Shown here piece after piece: positions 40,397 to 49,979 of a stretch of DNA of 64,000 nucleotides. The notes beneath the pieces are model-generated. The model saw only the letters and a list, made by a program, of their open reading frames with translations, had not been told where the DNA came from and did no database searches. The stretch comes from an uncultured Fibrobacteraceae bacterium (lineage in GTDB: Bacteria > Krumholzibacteriota > Krumholzibacteriia > LZORAL124-64-63), in NCBI GenBank assembly GCA_964384825.1, contig CAYLMM010000008.1:3462-67461 (forward strand), given 5' to 3'. Position 1 is the stretch's first letter, and every line of letters begins with the position of its first letter. A program made the position numbers and the translations under genes.

Positions 40397-41230
40397 CTAC
40401 TTCTCGGACTCGGACTCGCCGCCCTCTGCGGGCTTCGGAGCCGGGGCCGGCGCCGGGGCCGGCTCGTCCTGCATCGAGACGGTGGCGCCGGAATCGGCGG
40501 CCGCGGCCTTCTGGATCTCCACCGGCGCGTCCTTGCCCTCGGCGCGGATCGACCGGCCCTCGCGGATGGCGTCGGCCGCCACGCGGGCATAGAGGGAGAT
40601 GGCGCGGATCGCGTCGTCGTTGCCGGGCACCGGGTAGCTGACCAGCTCGGGATCGCTGTTGGTGTCGATGATCCCGACGACCGGGATGTTCAGCTTGCTG
40701 GCCTCGCGGACGGCGGTCTCTTCCTCGCAGGTGTCGATCACGAAGACGGCCGCGGGCAGATCGCGCATGGTGCGGATGCCGCCGAGGTTCTTCATCAGCT
40801 TGTCGTAGGTGCGGCCCATCTCGAGCTGCTCTTTCTTGCTGAGCTTCTCGATCTTGCCGGTGGCGCGCAGTTCCTCGATCTTCTCGAGCTTCTGGACGCT
40901 CTTGCTGATGGTCTGCCAGTTGGTCAGCATGCCGCCGAGCCAGCGCTCGGTGACGTAGGGCATGCCGCACTGGGTCGCGTAATCGCGGATGGCGACCTTG
41001 GCCTGCTTCTTGGTGCCGACGAACAGCACCGAGCCGCCCTTCTGGGAGACTTCGCACAGGAACTTGCGGGCCCGCTCGAGGGCGCGCAGGGTCTTCTGGA
41101 GGTCGATGATGTAGATGCCGTTGCGGGCGATGAAGATGTAGGGGCGCATCTTCGGATTCCACTTGCGGGTCTGGTGCCCGAAGTGGACGCCGGCCTCGAG
41201 GAGGTCCCTGAGTCCGATCTTGGTGGCCAT
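40397..41230 (-). CDS. rpsB: 30S ribosomal protein S2
   Basis: LLEAGVHFGHQTRKWNPKM, FVGTKKQA, RWLGGMLTN, DTNSDP, PGNDDAIRAI. Confidence 0.98.
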   Translation of the reverse strand: MATKIGLRDLLEAGVHFGHQTRKWNPKMRPYIFIARNGIYIIDLQKTLRALERARKFLCEVSQKGGSVLFVGTKKQAKVAIRDYATQCGMPYVTERWLGGMLTNWQTISKSVQKLEKIEELRATGKIEKLSKKEQLEMGRTYDKLMKNLGGIRTMRDLPAAVFVIDTCEEETAVREASKLNIPVVGIIDTNSDPELVSYPVPGNDDAIRAISLYARVAADAIREGRSIRAEGKDAPVEIQKAAAADSGATVSMQDEPAPAPAPAPKPAEGGESESEK

Positions 41231-41252
41231 GACGGTCTCCTGTCTGTCGTTT

Positions 41253-41332
41253 GGTTGATGCCTCCCCGCCCTTCGCTGGACCGTAGCGAACGCCGAAGCG
41301 CCACCGGCTCGGTCCTCCGGACGGGTGCGTGA
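41253..41332 (-). promoter_or_regulatory. Probable rpsB (S2) autoregulatory leader RNA
   Basis: Begins TCACGCACCC, has a central CCGGTG, and ends GGAGGCATCAACC upstream of rpsB. This resembles the S2-leader consensus as I recall it (CACAC...GGAGGCxxAACC). Confidence 0.6.
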
Positions 41333-41381
41333 TGGCGGGCGCCCCGCTTGGCGGAGCGCCCGCAAAAAGGTTCGGAACGGC

Positions 41382-41768
41382 CTAGCGCTTCGAGAACTGG
41401 AAACGCTTACGGGCGCCCGGCTGTCCGTACTTCTTGCGCTCCACCATGCGGGAATCGCGGGTCAGGTGACCGGCCTTCCGCAGGGGCACGCGATGTTCCT
41501 CGTCGGCGAGCACGAGCGCACGGGCGAGGCCGTGCAGCAACGCGCCGGCCTGACCGCTGATGCCGCCGCCCTTGACCGTGGCCCAGACGTCGTAGGAGCT
41601 CTCGCCCTCGACGGCCTCCAGCGGCTGGCGCAGGACCATCATCCGCGCGGTGTCGAAATAATCATCGCCGGGCTTCTTGTTCACGGTGATCTTGCCGGTT
41701 CCGGGAGTGACCCAGACCCTGGCCACCGAGGTCTTGCGCCGTCCGGTCGCGTAGAATCTCTCTTCCAA
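41382..41768 (-). CDS. rpsI: 30S ribosomal protein S9
   Basis: [46 protein letters not shown]; TTG start. Confidence 0.98.
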   Translation of the reverse strand: MEERFYATGRRKTSVARVWVTPGTGKITVNKKPGDDYFDTARMMVLRQPLEAVEGESSYDVWATVKGGGISGQAGALLHGLARALVLADEEHRVPLRKAGHLTRDSRMVERKKYGQPGARKRFQFSKR

Positions 41769-41825
41769 CTGAAAACTCCTCCCCCCGCCGCAACCCTAAC
41801 GCGGGCCGGCGGGCGCGATGTCGGC

Positions 41826-42266
41826 TCAGGACAGCTTCGGCACGTCGACCTGGCGCGGAGTCTGCGCGGCGTGGGGATGCTCGGCCCCCGCGTAGACGCG
41901 CAGATGCTTCAGGGTGTGACGGGAAAGCTTGGTCTTGGGCAGCATGCCCTTCACGGCGTGGGTGACCACGAACGCGGGCTTGGCGGCCATCATCTTGCGG
42001 ATGGGGATCTCCTTGAGACCGCCCAGGTAACCGCTGTAACGCTGATAGGTCTTCTGATCCAGCTTCTGGCCGGTCAGCTTGACCTTGTCGGCGTTGACCA
42101 CGATCACGGCGTCGCCCATGTCCAGATGGGGCGTGAACGTCGGCTTGTGCTTGCCCCGCAGCAACGTGGCCACGAAAGTGGCCAGGCGGCCCAGGGGGAC
42201 GTCGGTGGCGTCGACGACGAGCCACTCTTTGGCGATCTCGCCCTGCTTCATCGAATATGTCTTCAA
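41826..42266 (-). CDS. rplM: 50S ribosomal protein L13
   Basis: TTG start MKTYSMKQGEI, WLVVDA, LGRLA, LRGKHKPTFTPH, VKGMLPK, HPHAAQ. Confidence 0.97.
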   Translation of the reverse strand: MKTYSMKQGEIAKEWLVVDATDVPLGRLATFVATLLRGKHKPTFTPHLDMGDAVIVVNADKVKLTGQKLDQKTYQRYSGYLGGLKEIPIRKMMAAKPAFVVTHAVKGMLPKTKLSRHTLKHLRVYAGAEHPHAAQTPRQVDVPKLS

Positions 42267-42443
42267 CTTCTCGCTCCCAGGAAACTCGGGCGGATGCGTC
42301 CGTTCCCGTCCCTTGAACAGCCCTGCGGCACGCAGCGAGCCGGTTCCCACCAACCTTCGAAGGCCGCGGGACCGGGCCAGAATCGAATTCCTTGCCACGT
42401 ATGACTTTTCCGCATCTTGCGCGGAACAACGCGCGAGCCAAGC

Positions 42444-42472
42444 AATCTAGCAAAGAGCCCCGAACCTGTCAA
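42444..42472 (-). promoter_or_regulatory. sigma70 promoter of rplM-rpsI
   Basis: TTGACA-N17-TAGATT with TGn extension; the -35 overlaps the mtnA stop codon. Confidence 0.8.
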
Positions 42473-43557
42473 GAACCCTCTCCGGGATCCATGACGGCCA
42501 GGGATCGATCGAAGGGAGGACGCAGGACCCCGTTTTCGGTGATGAAAGCCGCGATGAGCTCCGCCGGGGTGACGTCGAAGGCCGGATTCCAGGCCGAAAC
42601 TCCCCGCGGCGCGGTCCTGCGACCGTCGTAGCCCAGGACCTCGGCCGGATCCCTCAGTTCGATCTCGATACCGCCGCCGTCGGGCGTGGCGGGGTCGAAT
42701 GTCGAGAAAGGGGCCGCCACGTAGAACGGCACGCCGTGCTCGCGGGCCAGCACCGCCAGCGGGTAGGTCCCGACCTTGTTGGCGGCGTCCCCGTTGCGGG
42801 CGATGCGGTCGGCTCCGGTGATCACGGCGTCGATCCCGCCGGCGCGCAGCAGGCTCGCCGCGGCCCCCTCGCAGAGCACCGTGACCGGTATGCCGCGGGC
42901 GGCCAACTCCCAGGCGGTCAGCCGCGCACCCTGCAGCAGGGGACGCGTCTCGTCGGCGAAGACCCGCGGCCGCTTGCCGGCGGCGGCGGCGGCGTAGATC
43001 ACGCCCAGGGCCGTGCCGAAGCCGCCGGTGGCCAATCCGCCCGCGTTGCAGTGGGTCAGCACCGTCGCTCCGTCGGGCAGCAGGGCGGCGCCGGCCTCCC
43101 CCAGCGCCCGGCAGAGGCGGATGTCCTGCTCGAGGATCCCGTTCGCGGCGGCGATCAGGGCCGCGCCGACCTCGGCGGCGTTCGCGCCGTCGGCGACCAT
43201 CTTCGACGCCAGGCTCCACTGCCGGTCCAGGGCCCAGAAGAGATTGACCGCGGTCGGCCGCGTGGCGGCCAGGGCCTCGCGGTCGGCGGCCAGGTTCTCC
43301 AGGGCGCCTTCCGCGTCGCGGCCCGCGCGCAGCGAGACGTCCCAGGAAAGAGCCATCCCCCAGGCGGCGGCGATGCCGATGGCCGGCGCGCCGCGCACGG
43401 CCAGCCGCACGATCGCGTCGCAGAGCGTCGGCACGTCGCGGCAGCTCAGGTATTCCAGACGCTCGGGCAGCAGGGTCTGCTCGATCAGCACGACGGCGCC
43501 GTCGCGCCAATCGACCACGGGAAAGGGGAAGGTCGGCTTGTCGTTGTCGGCGTTCAT
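42469..43557 (-). CDS. mtnA: S-methyl-5-thioribose-1-phosphate isomerase
   Basis: VRGAPAIG, TRPTAVNL, LTHCNAGGLA, ETRPLLQGARLT, GADRIARNGD, NKVGTY, NPAFDVTP. Confidence 0.96.
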   Translation of the reverse strand: MNADNDKPTFPFPVVDWRDGAVVLIEQTLLPERLEYLSCRDVPTLCDAIVRLAVRGAPAIGIAAAWGMALSWDVSLRAGRDAEGALENLAADREALAATRPTAVNLFWALDRQWSLASKMVADGANAAEVGAALIAAANGILEQDIRLCRALGEAGAALLPDGATVLTHCNAGGLATGGFGTALGVIYAAAAAGKRPRVFADETRPLLQGARLTAWELAARGIPVTVLCEGAAASLLRAGGIDAVITGADRIARNGDAANKVGTYPLAVLAREHGVPFYVAAPFSTFDPATPDGGGIEIELRDPAEVLGYDGRRTAPRGVSAWNPAFDVTPAELIAAFITENGVLRPPFDRSLAVMDPGEGS

Positions 43558-44189
43558 TCGGTCTCCCGGAACCGCCCGCCGCCCAGGACCTCGCGCAGGG
43601 CGCGCCCGAGCAGGGCCAGCGGCAGGCCCATGACGTTGAAATAACAGCCCTCGATCCGGCGCACCATCAGGGCGCCCAGTCCCTGGATGCCGTAGGCGCC
43701 GGCCTTGTCGGCCGGTTCGCCCGAAGCGGCGTAGCGGCCGATGGCCGCCTCGTCGAGGTCGAGAAAAGCGACGCGGGTCTCTTCGTGGCCGATCCATTCG
43801 GGCCGGGCCGGACCGCCCAGCAGGCTCACCGCGGTGATCACCACGTGCTCGCGCCCCGAGAGGCGGCGCAGCATCGATTCGGCCTCGGCCGTGTCGACGG
43901 GTTTCTCCAGCACCTCGCCGTCGAGCACGACGACGGTATCCGCCCCCAGGACCAGGCGCCCGGGATGGGCCTCGGCCACGGCTGCGGCCTTGACCCGGGC
44001 CAGGCGCCGCGCGTAGTCGGCGGGCTCGAGCCCGCGGGCGGCCGCGGCGGGTTCGGACTCCGCGCCGATGGCCGGCACGACCTCGTGCGGGATGCCGGCC
44101 ACCCGCAGCAGCTCGGCGCGGCGCGGCGACATCGAGGCCAGGATCAGGATCTCGCCGGCGGGCCAGTCCAGAAACGGCGTGACGGTCAT
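43554..44189 (-). CDS. maf: Maf family nucleoside triphosphate pyrophosphatase (YhdE-like)
   Basis: LASMSPRR, GADTVV, LEKP, LSGREH, DKAGAYGIQG, NVMGLP. Confidence 0.94.
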   Translation of the reverse strand: MTVTPFLDWPAGEILILASMSPRRAELLRVAGIPHEVVPAIGAESEPAAAARGLEPADYARRLARVKAAAVAEAHPGRLVLGADTVVVLDGEVLEKPVDTAEAESMLRRLSGREHVVITAVSLLGGPARPEWIGHEETRVAFLDLDEAAIGRYAASGEPADKAGAYGIQGLGALMVRRIEGCYFNVMGLPLALLGRALREVLGGGRFRETE

Positions 44190-44647
44190 CTCGTCCCCTC
44201 CCCGGAGGCGTCCTTCTCGACGATCACGGTCACCGGGCCGTCGTTGACCAGGTCCACGGCCATCGCGGCTCCGAAACGGCCCTCGGCGACGTCGGGCCAC
44301 TCGGCGCGCAGCATTTCGCCGAAACGCTCGTAGAGGGCGGCCGCCCGGCGCGGTTCGGCCGAGCCGACGAAGCTCGGACGGTTGCCCTTGCGGCAGTCGC
44401 CGTAGAGGGTGAACTGGGAAACCAGCAGGATGCCGCCGCCGACCTCGCGCAGCGACAGGTTGATCAGACCCCGGTCGTCGTTGAACAGGCGCAGCGAGGG
44501 CAGCTTGGCGGCCATCCAGGCCAGCTCGCGCTCGCCGTCGCCGGGCGCGAAGGCGGCCAGGACCAGCAGCCCCGGCCCGATCTCGCCCACGGACCGGTCC
44601 TCGACCCGCACCGAGGCGCGGGAGACGCGTTGGACGACGCATCGCAT
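44186..44647 (-). CDS. dtd: D-aminoacyl-tRNA deacylase
   Basis: MRCVVQRV, SQFTLYGD, GNRPSF, FGAAMAVDLVNDGPVT. Confidence 0.96.
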   Translation of the reverse strand: MRCVVQRVSRASVRVEDRSVGEIGPGLLVLAAFAPGDGERELAWMAAKLPSLRLFNDDRGLINLSLREVGGGILLVSQFTLYGDCRKGNRPSFVGSAEPRRAAALYERFGEMLRAEWPDVAEGRFGAAMAVDLVNDGPVTVIVEKDASGEGTR

Positions 44648-44657
44648 CGGGATCCTC

Positions 44658-46844
44658 CTACCTGACCTGGAAGCGCTCGACCTTCTCGACGTTGGGCACC
44701 TTGCGGATGGCCCGGAGCACCTTCTCGAGATTGCTCAGGTTCCTCACCTCGACCAGGAACGAGACCCGGGCCAGGCCGCGCTCGGTCTTGAATTCGCCGC
44801 CGCGGATGTTGGAGCCGAGGTTGCTGATCGCGTCGCCCAGATCGGCGAGCATCCCCTGGCGGTCGAGCCCGGCCACGATCACCTTCACCATGAAGGTCTG
44901 GTCGGGATCGACGTCCCAGGTCACCTCGATCAGGCGCTCCTTCTCGATGGTCGGACCGCTGAGGTTGGGGCAGCCGACGCGGTGGACCGAGACACCCCGC
45001 CCGCGGGTGATCACTCCGACCACCTGGTCGCCGGGGATCGGCTGGCAGCAGCGCGCGTAGCGGACCATCAGGCTGTCCATCCCCTGGATCCGCACCCCGC
45101 CCGAACGCCGCCGCATGATGTTGGCGTAGAGATCCTTGCCCATGTCCACCAGCTTGCGCTGGGGCTTCGGCTCGGGCGGCTTCAGGCGGCGCAGCACCTT
45201 CTGGCTGGTCAGGTCGCCGCTGCCGACGGCGGCCAGCATCCGATCGAGCTCGATGAAGCCCAGCTGCTGGGCCACCTCGACCAGGTCGCGGTCGATCTTC
45301 ACTTCCATCTTCTCGCGCCGGGCCTCGCGCTCGATGATCTCGCGCCCCAGCCGCACCGAATCGAGGAACTGGGTCGAGCGGATCCAGCGCCGGATCTGGT
45401 GCTTGGCCTTGGCGGTCTTGACCACCTCGAGCCACGAGGTGCTGGGGTTGGCCTTCTTGTTGGTCAGGATCGCCACGACGTCGCGGTTGTCCAGCTCGGT
45501 GCTCAGGCTGACGATCCGGCCGTTGACCTTGGCGCCGACGCAGTGCAGGCCGACCTCGGAATGCACGTTGAAGGCGAAGTCCAGGGGCGTCGCGCCGCGG
45601 GGCAGGGTGAACAGGTCGCCGCGGGGGCTGAACACGAAGACCTCGTCCTCGAAGAGGTCGATCTTCATGTTCTCCATGAACTCGCGAGGATCGGTGACGT
45701 CCTCCTGCCACTCCATCAGCTGGCGCAGCGAACGCACCAGGTCGACGTAGTCGAAGGCGTCGGGCGCCTCGTCCTCCTTGTACTTCCAGTGGGCGGCGAT
45801 GCCGATCTCGCTGCGCTCGTGCATCTCGCGGGTGCGGATCTGGATCTCGACGTACTTCCCCCCCGGCGCGCGCACCGTCGTGTGCAGCGACTGGTACATG
45901 TTGGCCTTGGGGTTGGCGATGTAGTCCTTGATCCGGTCCTGCAGCGGCGTGAACAGGCTGTGGATGATGCCCAGCGCGTGGTAGCAGTCGACCTTCGATT
46001 CGACCAGCACGCGCAGCGCCAGCAGATCGTAGACCCGGTCGATCTCGATGTCCTGCTCGCGCATCTTGCGGTAGATCGAATAGAAATGCTTGGGCCGGCC
46101 GGTGATCTCGGCCTCGATGTCCGAGCGCGCCAGGCTCTCCTTCAGCGGCCCGCTGACCTCGGCGATCAGCTTCTCGCGTTCGGAGCGCGTCTGGTTGATG
46201 CCCGACTCCACGGCGAAGTACTTCTCGGGCATCAGCACCTTGAACGACCGGTCCTCTAGCTCCCACTTGATCCGCGCCAGGCCGAAGCGGTGGGCCAGCG
46301 GCGCGTAGACATCCATCGTCTCCTGGGCCATGCCCCGCTGCCGCCCTTCGGGCAGGTACTGGATGGTGCGCATGTTGTGCAGCCGGTCGGCCAGCTTGAT
46401 CAGCACCGTCCGCGGATCCTGGGCGATCGAGAGCACCAGTTTGCGGTAGTTCTCGGCGCGGCGCGTCTCGGGATTGTGAGAACGGATCTCGCTGATCTTG
46501 GTCACGCCGTCGACCATGGCCGCCACGTCGTCGCCGTAGCGCTTGCGCACGTCGTCCAGGGTCAGGCTGGTGTCCTCGACGACGTCGTGCAGCAGGCCGG
46601 CGATGATCGTGTCGTCGTCCATCCGCAGGTCGGCCAGCGTGGAGGCGGTGGTCAGCGCGTGCACGAAATAGGGTTCGCCGCTGAGCCGCTTCTGCTCGCC
46701 GTGGGCGTCGACGCCGAAACGGTAGGCGTCCCAGAGCCGCTCGGTATCGGCCGCCGGATGGTACTGCTCGATCCGCGAGACGATGTCCGACATCATCTGC
46801 TCGAGATCCTGCCCGTCGGGCTTGTAGCTCAGATGCTCGCTCAT
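44658..46844 (-). CDS. relA: Bifunctional (p)ppGpp synthetase/hydrolase (long RSH)
   Basis: HD domain (GEPYFVH, LLHDVVEDT, KLADRLHNM), synthetase (GRPKH, KDYIANPK, YQSLHT, EIQIRT), TGS (TPLDFAF) and ACT (DRQGMLADL). Confidence 0.96.
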   Translation of the reverse strand: MSEHLSYKPDGQDLEQMMSDIVSRIEQYHPAADTERLWDAYRFGVDAHGEQKRLSGEPYFVHALTTASTLADLRMDDDTIIAGLLHDVVEDTSLTLDDVRKRYGDDVAAMVDGVTKISEIRSHNPETRRAENYRKLVLSIAQDPRTVLIKLADRLHNMRTIQYLPEGRQRGMAQETMDVYAPLAHRFGLARIKWELEDRSFKVLMPEKYFAVESGINQTRSEREKLIAEVSGPLKESLARSDIEAEITGRPKHFYSIYRKMREQDIEIDRVYDLLALRVLVESKVDCYHALGIIHSLFTPLQDRIKDYIANPKANMYQSLHTTVRAPGGKYVEIQIRTREMHERSEIGIAAHWKYKEDEAPDAFDYVDLVRSLRQLMEWQEDVTDPREFMENMKIDLFEDEVFVFSPRGDLFTLPRGATPLDFAFNVHSEVGLHCVGAKVNGRIVSLSTELDNRDVVAILTNKKANPSTSWLEVVKTAKAKHQIRRWIRSTQFLDSVRLGREIIEREARREKMEVKIDRDLVEVAQQLGFIELDRMLAAVGSGDLTSQKVLRRLKPPEPKPQRKLVDMGKDLYANIMRRRSGGVRIQGMDSLMVRYARCCQPIPGDQVVGVITRGRGVSVHRVGCPNLSGPTIEKERLIEVTWDVDPDQTFMVKVIVAGLDRQGMLADLGDAISNLGSNIRGGEFKTERGLARVSFLVEVRNLSNLEKVLRAIRKVPNVEKVERFQVR

Positions 46845-48754
46845 GATCGGTCCGCCGGTCTGATGTCGATCAACTGCTGCTGCACCGGATCGACCGCGCC
46901 GCCGTTGCGCGGGCGCCAGGTGTTCGGCGAGATCCGGAACAGGATGTCCCAGGTACGCTCCAGGGGAGACGGGCCGTCGGCCGTGTCGTCGAGATGGGCG
47001 CGCCAGGAATCGCCCTGGCCGAAGCAGATGAAATCGCGGGCCAGGGCGGGCGCGCCGCCGGCCGGAGCGCCTCCGTCGGCCGCGAACTGGAACCGCATGT
47101 GCTGGCCGCCGTTGCCCAGCATCATCGGATGCCGCGAGAGCCTCAGCCCGTCGCAGCGGAACAGGGGCGTGCGGTTGCCCTCGCCGAAAGGTTCGAGCTG
47201 CGACACCTCTTCGGTCAGCAGGGCCACGTCCTCCATGCTCATCCCCGCCAGGTCCAGCGGCATGTCGTAGGTCTGCTCGACCGGAGCCGCCTCGCCGCCC
47301 GCGGCCAGCGCCTGCAGGAAGGCCTCGCGGAAGGCGGGCAGATCGGAGGTGCGCAGGGTCGCGCCGGCGGCCTGGGCGTGCCCGCCGTAGCGCACCAGCA
47401 GCCCGGCGCAGCGGTCGAGGGCCGCCTTGAGATCGACGCCGTCGATGCTGCGGGCCGAGCCGCGCGCCTCGTCCCCCTCCTCGGCGAAGAGGATGGTCGG
47501 GACGTTGAACATCTCGACCAGGCGGGCCGCGCTGATGCCGATCACGCCGCGGTGCCATTCGGGCGCCGAGAGCACCAGTCCGCGGTCGCCGCGCTCGACG
47601 TAGGGCGCGGCCTGGGCCGCGGCTTCGCCCTTGACCTTCGCGTCGGTCTCCTTGCGGCGGTTGTTGGTGTCGTCGGCCTCGCGGGCCAGGGCGCGGGCGC
47701 GGTTCGCGTCGCGGGTCAGCAGCAGATCCAGGGCGGTGCGCACGTTGCCCACCCGGCCGCAGGCGTTCAGCCGCGGCGCCACCTGGTAGGCGACGCTGGT
47801 GGCCGTGGGCGGGAAGCCCCGGTCCAGGCCGGCGACCCCGAACAGGGCGGCCAGGCCGGGACGCCGCAGATCGCGGTCGCCCAGCCGTTGCAGCCCCCGG
47901 GTCACCATGATCCTGTTCTCGCCGGTCAGCGGCATCTGGTCGGCGATCAGCCCGAGCGCGGCGAGGTCGATCACCGACTCGCAGAAATCGGCCGGCATGG
48001 CGCCGGGCGCCAGGACGGCGACGGCCTGGGCGTACTTGAAGGCCACGCCCACGCCGCTGAGGTCCGGGTTCGGATAGCGGTTCCCGATGCGGCAGGGATT
48101 GACCACCGCGACGGCCTCGGCGGGGCGCTCGGAGAACAGATGATGGTCGAGCACGACCACGTCCATCCCCAGCCCGGCGGCGCGGCGGATCTCCTCGCGG
48201 GCGGCCGAGCCCGTGTCGACGGTCAGCAGCAGGGTCACGCCGGCCGCGGCCCACTCGTCGAGCTTGCGCACGGCCACGCCGTAGCCGTCGGCCCGGTCGG
48301 GCACGAAGGTCTCGCACAGATCGACGCCGCGGCCGTCGATCCGCAGCGCCGAGCAGAGTTCGGCCAGCAGGGCGGCGCCGGTCATGCCGTCCACGTCGAA
48401 GTCGCCGTGGATGGCGGTCTTCTCTCCCGCGGCGGCGGCCCTCAACAGGCGCGCGGCGGCGGGCTCCATCTCGTCCAGCAGCAGGGGATCGTGCAGATCG
48501 GCGGTCGAGGGGAAGAAGAAGCGTTCCAGTTCGGCCGGTTCGGTCAGGCCGCGCCGGGCCAGCAGCGAGAGCAGGCGTTCCGAGACGGCGCGCTGAAGCT
48601 CCAGCCCGCGCTGCATCGTCCGGATCACCTCGGGATCCGGCTGCGCGGCCGACGTCCAGACGCGCCCGGTGAACAACCCGGGGCGGATGGCCCTTCCCCG
48701 GTCGCCCTCGGGCTCCGGTTCCGGGGATGCGAAGCCCATCTCCAACTGCAACAC
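46841..48754 (-). CDS. recJ: Single-stranded DNA exonuclease RecJ
   Basis: GDFDVDG, TVDTG, LDHH, APRLNACGR, WHRGVIGI, RGSARS, YGGHAQAAG, LEPFGEGN. Confidence 0.94.
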   Translation of the reverse strand: MLQLEMGFASPEPEPEGDRGRAIRPGLFTGRVWTSAAQPDPEVIRTMQRGLELQRAVSERLLSLLARRGLTEPAELERFFFPSTADLHDPLLLDEMEPAAARLLRAAAAGEKTAIHGDFDVDGMTGAALLAELCSALRIDGRGVDLCETFVPDRADGYGVAVRKLDEWAAAGVTLLLTVDTGSAAREEIRRAAGLGMDVVVLDHHLFSERPAEAVAVVNPCRIGNRYPNPDLSGVGVAFKYAQAVAVLAPGAMPADFCESVIDLAALGLIADQMPLTGENRIMVTRGLQRLGDRDLRRPGLAALFGVAGLDRGFPPTATSVAYQVAPRLNACGRVGNVRTALDLLLTRDANRARALAREADDTNNRRKETDAKVKGEAAAQAAPYVERGDRGLVLSAPEWHRGVIGISAARLVEMFNVPTILFAEEGDEARGSARSIDGVDLKAALDRCAGLLVRYGGHAQAAGATLRTSDLPAFREAFLQALAAGGEAAPVEQTYDMPLDLAGMSMEDVALLTEEVSQLEPFGEGNRTPLFRCDGLRLSRHPMMLGNGGQHMRFQFAADGGAPAGGAPALARDFICFGQGDSWRAHLDDTADGPSPLERTWDILFRISPNTWRPRNGGAVDPVQQQLIDIRPADRS

Positions 48755-48858
48755 GACCTCCGTGCGGATTCGATGACCGATACGGGGCCGCCCCCGTCAT
48801 CAGCGGCGGCGCCGGAAATGGCGGGCCGAAGTTGCCGGGGGCGTGAAGCCCGGGGCGT

Positions 48859-49216
48859 GGAAAGCTGGTCGTAAGCCGAGTTCTGTTACCGCCGAAGCGG
48901 CGACGACCATGTATCTGGGACCGCCGTTGCCGACGGCCTCGTGCGACCTACCCGGGAGTCCTGGCGAGGCGGGCCGCCTCTGCTCCCCTATTTGGTCTTG
49001 CTCCAGGTGGGGTTTACCGTGCGACGTCTGTCACCAGACGCCCGGTGAGCTCTTACCTCGCCTTTTCACCCTTACCGCAGCCGAAGCCGAGGCGGTATGT
49101 TTTCTGTGGCACTTTCCGTGGGATCGCTCCCCCTGGCCGTTAGCCAGCACCCTGCCCTGCGGAGCTCGGACTTTCCTCACGTCCCGAGGGACGTGCGGTC
49201 GTCTCCCCAGCTTTCC
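48859..49216 (-). ncRNA. rnpB: RNase P RNA (bacterial type A)
   Basis: GAGGAAAGTCC, GAAAGTGCCACAGAAA, GGTAAACCCC, GAGCAAG and ACAGAA-CTCGGCTTAC conserved blocks. Terminal P1 helix GGAAAGCTGG/CCAGCTTTCC. Confidence 0.97.
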
Positions 49217-49222
49217 AACCCC

Positions 49223-49251
49223 ATGATAGATTGCCGAGGCCGCCTTGTCAT
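49223..49251 (-). promoter_or_regulatory. sigma70 promoter of rnpB
   Basis: ATGACA-N17-TATCAT ending 7 nt before the rnpB 5' end; overlaps the rnhA stop. Confidence 0.75.
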
Positions 49252-49940
49252 CACTTTCGAGAGCCTTCGGACGGATCGGACAGCAGACCGTCGAGGGCGG
49301 CGTTGGCCAGCCCGTCGGCCACGGTGTTCTTCTCGCGGCGGACGTGGCGGACATCGAAGGAATCCAGATCGTGTGACAACCCGATGATCTGGCGGTAGAA
49401 CGGCATCAGATCCTGGCTCTTGACGCGGTACTGGCCGGTCAGCTGCCTCGCGACCAGTTCGCTGTCCAGGTGCAGGCGAACCTTCCTGACGCCCCAGCCG
49501 GCGGCCAGCTGAAGGGCCCTCAGGACGGCCCTGTACTCCGCCACGTTGTTGGTGGCGCGGCCGATCGCCTCGGCGTGGATGCAGAGACGCGGCCCCTGAT
49601 GCTGGGCGAAGAGCACTCCCACCGACGCCGGGCCCGGATTCCCGCGGCTCGCGCCGTCGGTCCAGATGTCGAGGATCCGGCTGCCCTCGGCGGGCAGGGG
49701 GCTTTCCTCGAGTTCGGCGGCCAGGGGCAGATCGAGCCATTCCTCGTCACCGCTGGGCCGAGCTGCGGCGGGCTCCTTCTCGGCCGGACCGCCCTCGAGC
49801 TCACGCCGCCACTGCCGCAGCCTGCGCCGCAGGTCGCCGGTGGTCAGGCCGCATTCGCGGGCCAGGGAGCGCAGGTTCTCGCTCTTCTCCATCGCGTGCA
49901 GCAGCTCGGTCAGGGATTCCGGTTTGCCGGTGGATGTCAT
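49251..49940 (-). CDS. rnhA: Ribonuclease HI family protein with N-terminal HTH-like extension
   Basis: WTDGASRGNPG, TNNVAEY, LDSELV, RREKNTVADGLAN (four acidic catalytic positions present), preceded by ~85 extra residues. Confidence 0.9.
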   Translation of the reverse strand: MTSTGKPESLTELLHAMEKSENLRSLARECGLTTGDLRRRLRQWRRELEGGPAEKEPAAARPSGDEEWLDLPLAAELEESPLPAEGSRILDIWTDGASRGNPGPASVGVLFAQHQGPRLCIHAEAIGRATNNVAEYRAVLRALQLAAGWGVRKVRLHLDSELVARQLTGQYRVKSQDLMPFYRQIIGLSHDLDSFDVRHVRREKNTVADGLANAALDGLLSDPSEGSRK

Positions 49941-49953
49941 CGCTCGCTCCATG

Positions 49954-49979
49954 AAAAAAAAAGGGTGCCTTGGCACCCT
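49954..49979 (-). terminator. Intrinsic terminator downstream of the tRNA pair
   Basis: AGGGTGC-CAAG-GCACCCT followed by a T run. Confidence 0.8.
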
